DNA of 64,000 bases from Seison nebaliae (lineage: Eukaryota): NCBI GenBank assembly GCA_023231475.1, contig JALJEE010001312.1, positions 1 through 64,000 on the forward strand, written 5' to 3'. The position numbers and the translations under genes are program-made. Positions within the stretch are counted from its first letter, which is position 1; each line of letters starts with the position of its first letter. Under the pieces are notes generated by a model. It saw nothing but the letters and a program-made list of their open reading frames with translations. It made no database searches and was not told where the DNA came from. Positions 42,556 to 54,975 of this stretch are shown one piece after another.

Positions 42556-45500
42556 ATGCCAACGAATCAACGTGGTTTACTTGCCCCACAAAATACTTTT
42601 CTCGAAACTATCATCCGTCGCAGTAATGGAAGTTGTTCGTCATTTTCCCTCTCATTTCATATTTCTCAATATTTATAGGTAATGCATTCATCTTGTCAAA
42701 TGCTTCCATTTTCGAACATCCCATTGTCTACGTCAGTAATGGATTCATCGAAATGAGCGGTTATTGTAAATCGGATCTGATGCAGAAACCATCAAACTGC
42801 TCATTCATGTACGGTGAATCGACAAGCGATGTAACGAAGAAAGAAATCGTCAAAGCATTCGAGGATGTGTTTGCTGCTCAATTTGAAATTGTTCTATATA
42901 AAAAGAATGGTTAAAATTTTTAAGCTTAATCGGAACCATATAACGGTCAACCCTTTCAGCTTCTCCTTTTTGGGTAACGATGCACTTCGCGCCAATTACG
43001 AACGAAGATGATGTTGTTGTATTATTTCTGATCGGTTTCGTGGATATAACCGCTCTCAAATGTCCTATCGAAGATTCAACTACAACAAAAGGTTTTTAAT
43101 TTATCGAAATAAAAAAAATTACCATAATTTATTCAAAAAAACTATTTACAGCGAGTAAATTTGTTCGTTTAGCGAAAAGTGTAACAAGAAAACCGAAATC
43201 GACATCAGCCGAAGTCAAAGAAGCTGACGTGAATCGAATTGAGACACCTGAAATCCCGCCGTCTCCGGCTAGTAATCCAAATGAAGAGATTCTGCAAAGT
43301 GATGAAAACTATTTTAAGAATGTTCTTCGAACTTCGTTCAAACGATTCCAACGATCGCCAACTGACATTAGTCGAGCAGCGAATTCGAATGATAAAGTTG
43401 ATGAACAGATGACAACTGTAAATGTGTCGGAGACGGAACATGAAATGAGAGACGGTAAATTTTCTAATCTTTGTCAATGTTGTCGAAGGAAGAAGATTAA
43501 TAAGAAAATTGAATTAAGTGAACATCATGGAAATTCGAATAATTTTGGATTTAACTCACAAACTAAAGAACCGCATTCTAACCGGTCCAGTATGAACACG
43601 TTGAATCCAAATGATTTAAATAAACACAATACGTCTCGAAGGAATTCCTCATTAATTGATAGTAATATTCCATCGATTATGAACGCCATTTCCAGTACGG
43701 AACCGATCGAGTTCAATAAATTAACAAATAAAAAGAATGTGAATGTGAAGAATCGTCTTCAAAGTGCCATGAAAGGATTGATAAAACCATCACAATTGGC
43801 TCAAGTTCATCATTCACTTTTGTTTCTTTTATTCAGTTCTTTTTTTTATTCAGATGTTTAATTTGAGTTCAGATGTCCTTCCACAATATCGACAGGAAGC
43901 ACCAAAAACTCCTCCTCATATCATTCTCCATTATTCATTATTCAAAAGTATTTGGGATTGGATCATTCTACTACTCACATTCTACACGGCATTATTCGTT
44001 CCTTATAATGTGGCATTCAATTCGAAGACGTTGGATGATATCGCCATTCTAGTCATCGATTCAACGGTGGATGTGATATTTGTGATTGATATCATATTGA
44101 ATTTCCACACAACATTTGTCGGTCTTACATTAATCTTTAAATTTTCATTCATCTTCACTTTTTTCAGGAACTAACGGAGAAGTGATCAGTGATCCGAAAA
44201 TGATACGAATCAATTATTTGAAATCCTGGTTCATTATCGATTTGTTAAGTTGTTTGCCATATGACGTATTCAACGCATTCCAACATGTACAAGATGTTAA
44301 TTTATTAAACTTAAATAATTGAATTAATTTAATTGACATTAATTTCATTTTTTCAGAATATTTCACGATTATTCTCCTCATTGAAAGTCGTACGATTATT
44401 GAGGTTGGGTCGAGTAGCTCGAAAACTTGACCAATATTTGGAATATGGTGCTGCTGTTCTCCTACTACTTATTTGTCTATTTTTATTGATTGCACACTGG
44501 TTCGCATGTATCTGGTACACGATCGGATATTATGATACACATGTTCGATTTCCATAACATGATTTTCATAAAACCATAAAATTTCCATACAGACGAACGG
44601 TTTGAAATATTCGTGGATTTATCAATTGTCATTATTAATCGCTTGTAATGGCGGTGGCAATTGTAAGGTGTCTGATGATGGATTGATTCATATCAATAAT
44701 GGAACTCAAGTTAATTTTTAAATTTGAAATTTTATTTTGAAAATATTGAACAGATTCCTCCGTTGCCATCGAACGCGGAAGCGTATATCACTTCACTTTA
44801 TTTTACCATGACATCATTGGTAACGATTGGTTTTGGAAATGTGGCAGCTAATACGATTGCTGAGAAGATCTTTTGTATTTGTATGATGATGATTGGATGT
44901 TAAATTTATTTTTTCATTTTCATTCTAAAAAACCGTTCTTTTTTAAGCATTGATGTATGCTACTATTTTTGGTAATGTGACAACGATCATCGCCCAAATG
45001 TATTCATCAACTCAACGATATCATGAAATTCTGAAGGATGTTCGACGATTTATGAAATTGCACAATATGCCCAAACAATTGACGGAACGTGTGCTAGATT
45101 ATGTCGTTTCGTCTTGGGCTTTGACAAAGGGAATCGATTCCTCCAAAGTACTCACTTATTGTCCCAAAGATATGAAAGCGGATATTTGTGTTCAATTGAA
45201 TCGACAGGTATTCAATGAACATGCCGCTTTCCGATTAGCCAGTGAGGGTTGTCTGAGAAGCTTAGCCATCCATTTTGAAATGGTACATACCGCTCCAGGT
45301 GATATGTTGTACCATTCCGGTGAATCAATCGATGGTTTAAGTTTCATCATTTCCGGCTCATTAGAAGTCATCCAAGACGATGAAGTTGTTGCAATATTAA
45401 GTTATTATTTTATTGGAGAAATATTAATAATTAAAATAATAAATTTCATTCATTAAGCCAAAGGAGATATTTTAGGAGATTTATTTTGGAAGGAATCCAT

Positions 45501-47497
45501 TCAAGGATTAGCAGCTGCACATGTTCGTGCATTAACTTATTGTGATATTCATATGATAAAGAGAGAGAAATTGATGGAAGTTCTCAACTTCTATCACGCT
45601 TTCGCCAATTCGTTCGGTAGAAATATTAAACTCACTTACAATCTACGTCATCGAGTTAGAAAATTTAAAAAATAAATTTAGTTTGAAAATATTTATTTTT
45701 TCATCATTTGTAGCTCGTTTTCCGAAAAGTGGCTGATGTGAAACGTGAAAGAGAATTGGAGTCTGCAGGAGCTCTGGCCAACATCTCTGAATTATCCGAT
45801 GATCATCCGGTAAGGAAATTGATGTTCAAATTCCGTAAAGTTTTCTTTAATTTAATTAAAAATTTTAATTTGTGATTTTAAAATTATCATTCTTTCCAAG
45901 CACGAACATTTGGATAAGAGCGATGATGAAATTAAAGATGATTCTTTGAGTGATATTCAATCAGGAGAAGATGAATTAAGTTTGCCATTTAATTAAATAA
46001 TAAATGATCGTAAATGGGATTTAGTGGACACGATCACACCAGTGAAGAATGCGAAACAAATGAAGGAATTATTCAAACCGAAATCATCCTTATGGAACAA
46101 ACATTTATTCCATAAAAGTTTTCAAAAAATTTTTAAAGATTTTTTTTCATTTTCAAATTCTCATCAAAAAAGATGATGGAGAAAAGAATGTGAAGGAGAC
46201 GTCATTTGTTCAAAAGGAACAAATAAAATTGGAGAATAACTCAGAGATCGTTCAAGAGATTAAAAACACTCCGGAGAAAACTTTAGTGACTTATGATATT
46301 TTAGTGAAGGTGTTGAAAGAATTTCATCCGGAGGGCGGACGAACATGTCATGGAAATGAATCGAATTCATTTGAAAAAAAATTCTCATCAGAGATGGTAG
46401 ATATCAAAGATAAATTAGCACAAATTGATGTGTGTTTAAATGAATTGATTCAAATTATGAATACGATGCAAATGGATCGATTCAATGGATTGACGGTAGA
46501 GAGTGTAAATGAAAGGAAATCGGCTGATTATCATGGACATGAAACAGATACAAATAACAATACCGGTTTAATGATGATGACGGCGTTGAATGCGAATAAT
46601 GGAAATGAAGGAATACTTTCTCACCATCATCATCACCATCACAAATCTCAGATAGATAATGGATTGCAATTGAAAGCAATTCGAGTAAAGAGGAAAGGAA
46701 TGTTCAAATCTCCAATTGATGATCATGAAGATGATTCGACGTCACATAAAATTGCATCTTTTTTCAAATTCGGACGATCAATTTCGGCGAAGAATTCCGA
46801 GGCACTTCTTGTCGCTCAAAACTCTCAATTGAAGCTTCAAGAGGAGACTAATTCAAGACAAACGATCAAAGAACGAAAGAAGAAGGAGAGACATCGTGTC
46901 AAGTTGTCTCGATCTGATGTTGCCAATTCTTCAACAGTGAGTAATTATGCTGATATAAATTCATCGGAATCGACGATTAATATAAAGAAACAAAAAGATA
47001 TTGTTGAGCCTCCTACTAACAATAATTCTTTCAATAATAATAATTCGATAAAGAAAAAAAATCGAAAAAGAATAAAACAAAAAATGACAATTACTGAATC
47101 GACAAGTAAAGTTCCGTTAATTATGAAATCCATGTCATCATCAACACCATCATTAATATCAATGAATGTTTCCCATTCAACTGATCAACACACTCACTCC
47201 ATCGATCATAAACGATCAGATAAACCTCTCGTCATATCACCACGTCATCTTCGCGTCTCTCACATTTTCGATGAGACGACAAATAGCAAAAAATCTTCTT
47301 TTTCTAAATCATCATTTCAACATTTACCCGAACTCAATTTGCCAACAACCAGCAACGAATTTTCAAATGATACAATGACTTTCCAATATTCGGATGAGAA
47401 GAGAAACACAATTAACTTACCCAAATTAGAGAAGTCCAAACATTCGACAGATAAACATCAGAATAAACAACAATTTGATAATTCACGAAAATTTTAG
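42556..47497 (+). CDS. eag: Ether-a-go-go (Kv10/KCNH1-5 subfamily) voltage-gated K+ channel, 14 exons
   Basis: [15 protein letters not shown] cap, PAS domain, [15 protein letters not shown]4 [14 protein letters not shown], pore [37 protein letters not shown]; 13 introns of 44-61 nt. Confidence 0.97.
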
Positions 47498-48068
47498 TTT
47501 AATTCCATCAACCGGTTTCCGAGATTTCCTAAAAAAGATTTCCTAAAACAATTTGTACATAACAACTCGATGCAAATTTCCGAAAGAAATTTTTCTTTCA
47601 CGAATTTTCTTTATCAAACTAAATTTTTTCTTTTTCTTGAACATAATTTTTTGTTCAAATGAAATCTGACCCAAATCTTTACATAATTTCCTTATCAGTT
47701 TCTGAATGACTCTATTAAATTTATTCAACATTTCTTCTTTTCTTTCAATTCATTCAATCGGAAAATTGTATTTTCAACTGTCTTTGTCGAGCTCGAATCG
47801 ATTCTTTTGTGTTTTGGACAAATTCCTCTTTGTCAATGACATAGATGATAAATAATGGAAATTAACGATCTCATCATCAGTTTTGAGAGAGAAGAAAAGA
47901 TGAGAAACAAAAGGAAATCATTCAAGGAATATTCCAATTACATAAGAGACGAACGATAGTAAGGAATGGTTCATTTAAGAAAAAAACAGTTCTCATCATA
48001 ATCTTCTCATCTGAAATTATTTTAGAGTTTTTAATTTCGTCATTTTCAAAAATTGTTCGTAGAATAAA

Positions 48069-48372
48069 ATGAAATTTTCAATTTACATTTTAACCGTTTT
48101 CCTTCTCGTCGTTCTGTTGGTGGGGAAGAGTGAAGAGAAATCAGCCAACTATCTTTCGGAACGAGATGATATCGGTTAAATTTTTAATTTTCCTCAATTT
48201 TTTTTAAAATATTTTTCTTTCAGATAATGGAAATCCTGATTCTTTCCTTCATGATGGAAATCGTCGAAAACGTTTCCTGTTCGGTAGTGCGCGTGAAGAG
48301 GCAGATGAATTACGTGAAGAATTGAATGAGGACAAGGTCGAATTCAACGAGGAACGAGTAGGAAAGAAATAA
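48069..48372 (+). CDS. Small secreted prepropeptide (84 aa), Glu-rich amidated mature peptide; 2 exons (intron 48175-48223)
   Basis: MKFSIYILTVFLLVVLLVGKSEE signal-like N-terminus; RRKR site; FLFGSAREEADELREELNEDKVEFNEERV-GKK*; AATAAA at 48471. Absent from the ORF track because it is split by the intron. Confidence 0.82.
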
Positions 48373-48489
48373 AGAAGAATTTATGTTTTTCTGGAGAGAA
48401 GTGACATTTGATTCTGAATAGAAATCGATGAAAATTTAAATTATTATTATTTCATTATTTTTGTCTTTGCAATAAACTTTTCTTTCTTC

Positions 48490-49966
48490 TCATACTTTCG
48501 GTTCTTTCCATTGAATTGTTTTCAAATCAATTCCTTCTTGAACCATCTCCCATAATGGACTTTAATTACAAAAAAAATAATTGAAAATTGAAAAATATTT
48601 AAAATTATTTTTAAAAGAAAAATATTTAAAAATATTTTTAAAAGAAAAATTTTAACCTCATTTCTCTTAATCGTTTGACATGATAAATTATTTTATTCGC
48701 TGTAAATTCTATATCGGCTTCTGTTGTATATTTGTCGATACCGAATCGAATTGAAGAATGAGCTAAATCTTCATCTTGTCCTAATGCTCTCAATACATAT
48801 GATGGTTCAAGAGATGCACTTGTACATGCCGAACCGGAAGAAAGAGCGATATCTTTCAATGCCATCAATAATGATTCGCCTTCGACATAAGCGAAAGAAA
48901 GGTTAATACAACCGGGATAAGTATGTTCAATTGATCCATTTCGATAAACATGACTCAAATTTTTCGTAAGAATATCTAGAAGTAAATTGGACAAATTTCG
49001 AATTCTTTTCAAATATTTTTCTTTATTTTCTTCACATAATCGTCCCGCTTCTCCCATTCCAACAATTAATGGAGTTGGTAATGTACCTGAACGTAAACCA
49101 CGTTCTTGACCTCCTCCTGAAATTTGTGGTATTAATCGAACTCGAGGACGTCGACGAACATAAAGAGCACCGACTCCTTTTGGTCCATAAAATTTATGGG
49201 AACTGATCGACATCAAATCGATATTCATTGAAGAGACATTAATTGGAATCTTTCCAAATGCTTGAGCTGCATCTGTATGAAAGAATATTTTATTATTTCG
49301 ACAAATCTCTCCAATCTCATTAATTGGTTGAATGACACCAATCTCATTATTTACCATCATGATGGAAACGGCGATGGTTTCTGAAGAAATAGAATTTTCC
49401 AATTCTTCTAAATTTATTCGACCATCATTCTCCACTGGGAGATATGTTATACGGAAACCTTTCTGCTCTAAATGACGACAACTAGCTAATACACATTTAT
49501 GTTCCGTTTGACAAGTGATCAAATGTCGTTTCTTTTCCGATTGATAAAATTCAGCGATTCCTTTAATGGCTAAATTATTCGATTCAGTTGCACCACTCGT
49601 CCATATGATTTCTTTTGATTCTGCTCCAATTATCGATGAAATTTGCTCTCTTGCTTTCTCTACTGCTGCTTCACTCTCCCAACCATAAGCATGAGTTCTC
49701 GAATGAGCATTTCCATATCTCTCACGGAAATATGGCATCATTTTTTGGATTACTCTCTCATCAACACGAGTAGTGGATTGACTATCTAAATATAATGGAC
49801 GTCCATCTACATTCCCTTTTCGATATGGTGATCGTTCACCACTCTCATCATAATCATCATTCGCTTCATAATCTTTCGGAATTCTGGTGCCATAACATCG
49901 GGATGGAAGACTGAGAGATTTGTGGAGGGAAAAGTTGATAAATCGTTTCAACTTAAATTTATTCAT
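48490..49966 (-). CDS. NFS1: Mitochondrial cysteine desulfurase, 2 exons (intron 48560-48656)
   Basis: YLDSQSTT, GNAHSRTH, SISSHKFYGPKG (PLP Lys), SSGSACTS (catalytic Cys), spliced C-terminus MSPLWEMVQEGIDL; basic N-terminal presequence. Confidence 0.97.
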
Positions 49967-50153
49967 TCATCAAACAATCAATTCTCTTTTTTCCTTTCAA
50001 AGAAAAATATCTAATTTTATCCATAAAAAGAAAAATTTGAAAATTAAAATTATTTTCAAAGATTAACAGAAAATAATGAAAAAAAATTATTTTGGAGAAG
50101 AAAACGGAAAATAATCATAAAAAATTATTTTGGAGAAGAAAAAAGAAAAAATT

Positions 50154-51985
50154 TTAATTCGAAGAAAAATTTTTTTTATTTGGTTTTTTATTATTTTTTC
50201 CAATCGATTTAAATCCATAACGAGTTTGACGTTCATCAGTTCGATTTCTAATCGAAATAGATCCCAAATCGACGGGTGGTGGTTCGGTGAAACCGAAAGA
50301 CGATGCCACTTTCTTCAGATCGAGTGAAGCGATTTTGAAGACGGTTTTCATCGAATGTGAATTATATGAACGAAGATAAGATTTGAATGCATCTCGTGCC
50401 GACATATGAAGATAATAATTGCTCTTGATTAATTTCTCTAATTGTTCTTGAACATTTGGAATTTTATTCCAGGAGAAATCAAATTCCTGTAATTTCACTT
50501 TAGATTTCTTCAAATATTTCAAAAATCCCATTTCTTCCGGTCTTAATATCATCAAAGCATTACCTGATGCACCTGCTCTCGCTGTTCGTCCCACGCGATG
50601 GATATATTCTTTCGGATCATCAGGAGGATCATATTGAACAATCCAATCGACTTGTGGAATGTCTAATCCTCTCGCTGCTACATCGGTACACAAAAGAATT
50701 CCTTGTTCGATTTTGGAAAATTGAAGAAAAGTTTGAGTTCGTTTCGCTTGTTTCTGACGTCCCTAAATATCCGAAAAAAAATTATTTAAAAAATTTAAAT
50801 TAAAAAATTAAAAGTTTTTTCAATTAATAACTAACATGAATACAAAGTACAGGAAGATCGATATAATTGAGTAATTCATGGAAATATTTCACAGCGAGAC
50901 ATGATGACATGAAGACCATTAATTTCTTTTTACGATTCCGTCGAAGGAATGTGTAAAGAAGTAAAAACCGTTTCTCTGATGGAGCAATGACATATCCTTG
51001 TTCCAATCCTTCAACTGTCGCCTCGTCAGCTTCATCATTCACTCCCATATATAACGGTTCTTTCTTAAGTGACATTTTTGCCAAATCTTCAATTCGTCTC
51101 GTTTGAGTTGCAGAAAATAACATTGTTTGTCTCGTTTCTATAAGTTTATATGGAAATAAAATGGTTTTTAAATTGAAGAAAAATGAAACTTGGGAGAAGT
51201 GAAATTATTTGTTTCATATCCTCTTCGAATCCGATGTCCAATAATCGATCAGCTTCATCGATAATAAGAACTTGAAGATTTTTTACAAGGAAATTATCTG
51301 TCGATCGTAAATGATCGAGAATTCGTCCCGGAGTACAAACCAAAATGTTAATTCCTTTTTCTAATTTTTTACATTCGTCTGATCTATTACAACCACCCAT
51401 ACATAAACCGAATGTGTGATGATGATATTTTAATATATCTTTCAACACACCAAATATTTGAATACATAATTCACGTGTGGGCGAGATGATGAGAACACCA
51501 GTGCCATTTCGTGGCATAAATTTCAAACGATGAATAATTTCAATTGCAGGTAAAAGAAAAGCTAATGTCTTTCCACTTCCAGTTTTCGCTGAAGCTAAGA
51601 GATCTTTTCCTCCAATTAATGGATCTAATGATTGCTCTTGGATTTTTGTCATAAATTTCATTTGCATATCATTCAATCCTTTCAATGACTTTTCACATAA
51701 AACGTCATTGCGAGATGCAAATTCTGTTTTAGTCAATAATGAATTATCTGAATTATTTTTCTTCGCTTCATTTATCTCCTTCAATTCTTCTTCGATTTCT
51801 TCATCAATTTCCACCGTTTCATTCTTTACAATTTCATCTTCTTCTTCACTTTCTTCTTCATTATCTAAAATTTCATCTTCTTCTTTTTCTAAAATTTCAT
51901 CTTCTTCACTTTCTATTTCGTCTTCAATTATCTTTTCTTTCTTTTCTTTTTCTGATTTCTTCGAATTTCTTCCTTTCACTTTCAT
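50154..51985 (-). CDS. DDX18: DEAD-box RNA helicase DDX18/Has1, 3 exons
   Basis: [54 protein letters not shown]; two GTT..AG introns. Confidence 0.96.
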
Positions 51986-52476
51986 ACTTCGTTAATGTAA
52001 TGAATCAATAGAATTATTTAGTTATGTTACTTATCACGCTTTTTCTACGATTCGTCTCAGCTGTCAATTTGAAATATTCATATTCTGTAAATTGATTATG
52101 AATTGGAAGATTTTGGATTTAAAAAGAAAAAAACATTCAAGTTACTTCAAAGGGTATTATATTTAATTATTTCATATTGAACTATATCAATTATGATTTA
52201 TCTGAAGATATTCGGATGATTATTCAGATTATTAAAATTTCGATCAAATTTCACAGACATATTTCTAAAAAAAACTATGAAACATTTGAAATTATTAAAT
52301 TATTGATGAATTTGAATTTTTAAGATTTGTTTATTTCTCTTAGGAGATTATTATTAACGTTAGAAGATTTACAATTTAGAGAACAAACATAATCGAATTT
52401 AAATTTTTAACTGGTCTTTTTATGATCTATTCAATATAATTTTCCTCAAGATTATTATCGTCAATTATTGATATGT

Positions 52477-53880
52477 CTAATCGACATAATGTGTATCGTT
52501 CACGATTTCCAAAAACACTTCTCTAACAAACAAATGGTTGAAATATTTCAATATTTTTGGTGTCAATTCGTTAATGAGAATACGGACATTATAAGTTGTT
52601 AAAATCCAGGAAGTACCTTCACTTTTTGTTAAAGTAATTAACCTCTCGACAGGTATATCAATTACCGTGTTCCCCATCATTGTAATCGCATCCACTCGTT
52701 GACATAAGAGTAAGGATTGTTGTTCCTCTTCATCAGTTAAGACATCCGATTCCATTACTCGTTTAATTTCTTCCATAACATAGTGAGCGCAATTTAAAAT
52801 ATCTTCATCCGGCTCATCAAATTCAAGATCTAGTGAGTGCACAGTTTCTATAGGCACATCGGCTGGAATAAGTCTATCGAAACTAATTCCTCGAACTGTA
52901 TAGGCAATAGGACCATCTTTTGAAAGATTCAAATTCAGTTCAAAATCGCCATCAAACAATGGTTCTGGAAGGGTAACAAATCGATAACTAACATGAAATA
53001 CTTCTGGACCAAACATATCATCAATTCTGATTGACATCTGTCTACGAGTAAGATGTTTAAAAGTCGCGAAACCAATACCTGGCATTTCACCGTTGAAACT
53101 TAATGAAATAAATCTCATGTTAAGATGGTAAAAATCACATGTTTGTTGTAATGCAGCCAATGCATTTGGATCCAAATAACTGAGCGCATTTTTTTGGAGA
53201 GACATCATCGGAAATAAAATACCATCCGGTTGCCAACTTGTCGTATCAAATTGAATCAGTCCGAATTTGGTTTTTTTGAAATATCTCAATTTCCAAAAAG
53301 GAATTTCTTCAAATTTCTGAGGCGCCTCTTTAGTTATTCCTTTCATAATTATCTCCCAATAAGTCTCCTCTAATGATAATTCGTGTTTAACGAAAAGTTC
53401 CACCATACTCATTTTCCGTTCCATCTCAATTCGATGAAATTTTGGTCTCTCTGAAGGTTGACTTTGAAAAGCGAAAGATAGGGCTATATGACCAAGTAAG
53501 CCGAAGGGTTCCAAGTCGATTTTTTTCCCTAAACTTATTTCATATAAAGTGTAAAATGCATAAGACCATGGATGGATAACAAAATTGATATTTTTCGGTT
53601 TCTTCTTTCCCGCAATCATATTATAATATTCCAAATAATTCACTTCCTTGAAATCCGGATTTAACACTAAGCATCGTTTCAAGAACTTTTGGGAAGAAAG
53701 GATCAACGTCAAAGTGAATTCGATGGGTAGAAAAGGCTGATTCTGGGTTTTTGAAAACGCCCAAATATCGGGATTAAATGGAATTTTTTTTTCTGCTGCT
53801 TCTAAGTCTCTATAACCTCGACCGCCCGTGTCGCGTTGTAGACCCTGGATTGTAGAGAAGAACCAACCGTATCCGGACAT
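52477..53880 (-). CDS. Uncharacterised intronless protein (467 aa)
   Basis: 1.4-kb stop-free ORF in very AT-rich DNA with globular composition; no family recognised. Confidence 0.7.
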   Translation of the reverse strand: MSGYGWFFSTIQGLQRDTGGRGYRDLEAAEKKIPFNPDIWAFSKTQNQPFLPIEFTLTLILSSQKFLKRCLVLNPDFKEVNYLEYYNMIAGKKKPKNINFVIHPWSYAFYTLYEISLGKKIDLEPFGLLGHIALSFAFQSQPSERPKFHRIEMERKMSMVELFVKHELSLEETYWEIIMKGITKEAPQKFEEIPFWKLRYFKKTKFGLIQFDTTSWQPDGILFPMMSLQKNALSYLDPNALAALQQTCDFYHLNMRFISLSFNGEMPGIGFATFKHLTRRQMSIRIDDMFGPEVFHVSYRFVTLPEPLFDGDFELNLNLSKDGPIAYTVRGISFDRLIPADVPIETVHSLDLEFDEPDEDILNCAHYVMEEIKRVMESDVLTDEEEQQSLLLCQRVDAITMMGNTVIDIPVERLITLTKSEGTSWILTTYNVRILINELTPKILKYFNHLFVREVFLEIVNDTHYVD

Positions 53881-54539
53881 TATAGAATTTAGAAATAAAG
53901 AAAGAAAAATTAAATGGAATTCTTATTTTTCTAGTTCAATTTTTCCTTTTCTAACGGTCATTTCACTTTCACATCAGTCTAATATTATCAATTAGTAGTA
54001 ATCAATTTTTCTCATACATTAGAAATAAAATCATAAAAAAATTGAATTATATATAAGTATAAGAAACATTTTTTAAGTTTCGCTAATTTTTGACTAACAA
54101 GTATTACTTTAGTAGTATTTTTAGCATTTTTAGTACTTTTTTATAAGCGATCCATTTTATAAAAATCGACTCAGAATTAGGTACCGTGCTGAGCGCTTAA
54201 AGATTTGCACAAAAAATGCAAAAAAAAATATTGGTGTATGTTACCAATTTTAATAAGAATATCTATTTCTGGGTTATCGATGATGCTGAAGAAGATAGGG
54301 TAATTTAAATTTTTCAATCAAGTAAAATTTCTTGGATAATGCAAAAAAACCCTTTTCGAACAATGCTCAATAATTACGTAATTATTCGATATTTAAAAAT
54401 TTTTTTTTAATATTCTGTGTCACTTTTCCATGCTGAAACCGAATATTTGACCTAAAATTAGTTATTTTTAAAATTTCTCAACTTAAAATATGATTTTCGA
54501 ATCTCAAAAATAGAGAAAAATGAAGTTTGTTAATTAATC

Positions 54540-54713
54540 GATTATTAAACGATGATTTTTAAATTTATTTTTGTCGAAGTTAGAACTATTTGAAAGAGCT
54601 TGAATTGGGCTATCTAACAGTATGTTCCCTTAAGTATATAATGCTATTTGCAGAAAGTTATGAGCATTTAAAAAATATCGAATTTTGTCCGATTACTTTT
54701 GAATACAGCTGTA
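54540..54713 (-). mobile_element. Possible Tc1/mariner-derived terminal fragment
   Basis: Minus strand reads TA-CAGCTGTATTCAAAAGTAATCGGAC from 54713, resembling Tc1-type TIR starts; partner TIR not found. Confidence 0.3.
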
Positions 54714-54975
54714 TATTTGTTTATATTTAGAAAGAATTTATGAACGTATATCGTTTTCAATACTTAGGTTACGTATATTTAACCTCAATAATTATGAATC
54801 ATTATAATTACTATTTAGAAACAATTATTGTTATTATTTTATTTACTGTTTATTTATATGTCGATTAATATGAGTTTACATAAAATTATTTCAAACTTTA
54901 TTATTTTGATTAACTCTTTAAATTCAACAAACAAGAAAACAATTATAAAGATGCTTTTGATTTATTTTGTTTATT

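Noticed and set aside
51708..52011. Ser/Phe-rich antisense ORFs (also 25778-26026)
   Set aside because: Shadows of low-complexity coding sequence on the opposite strand.
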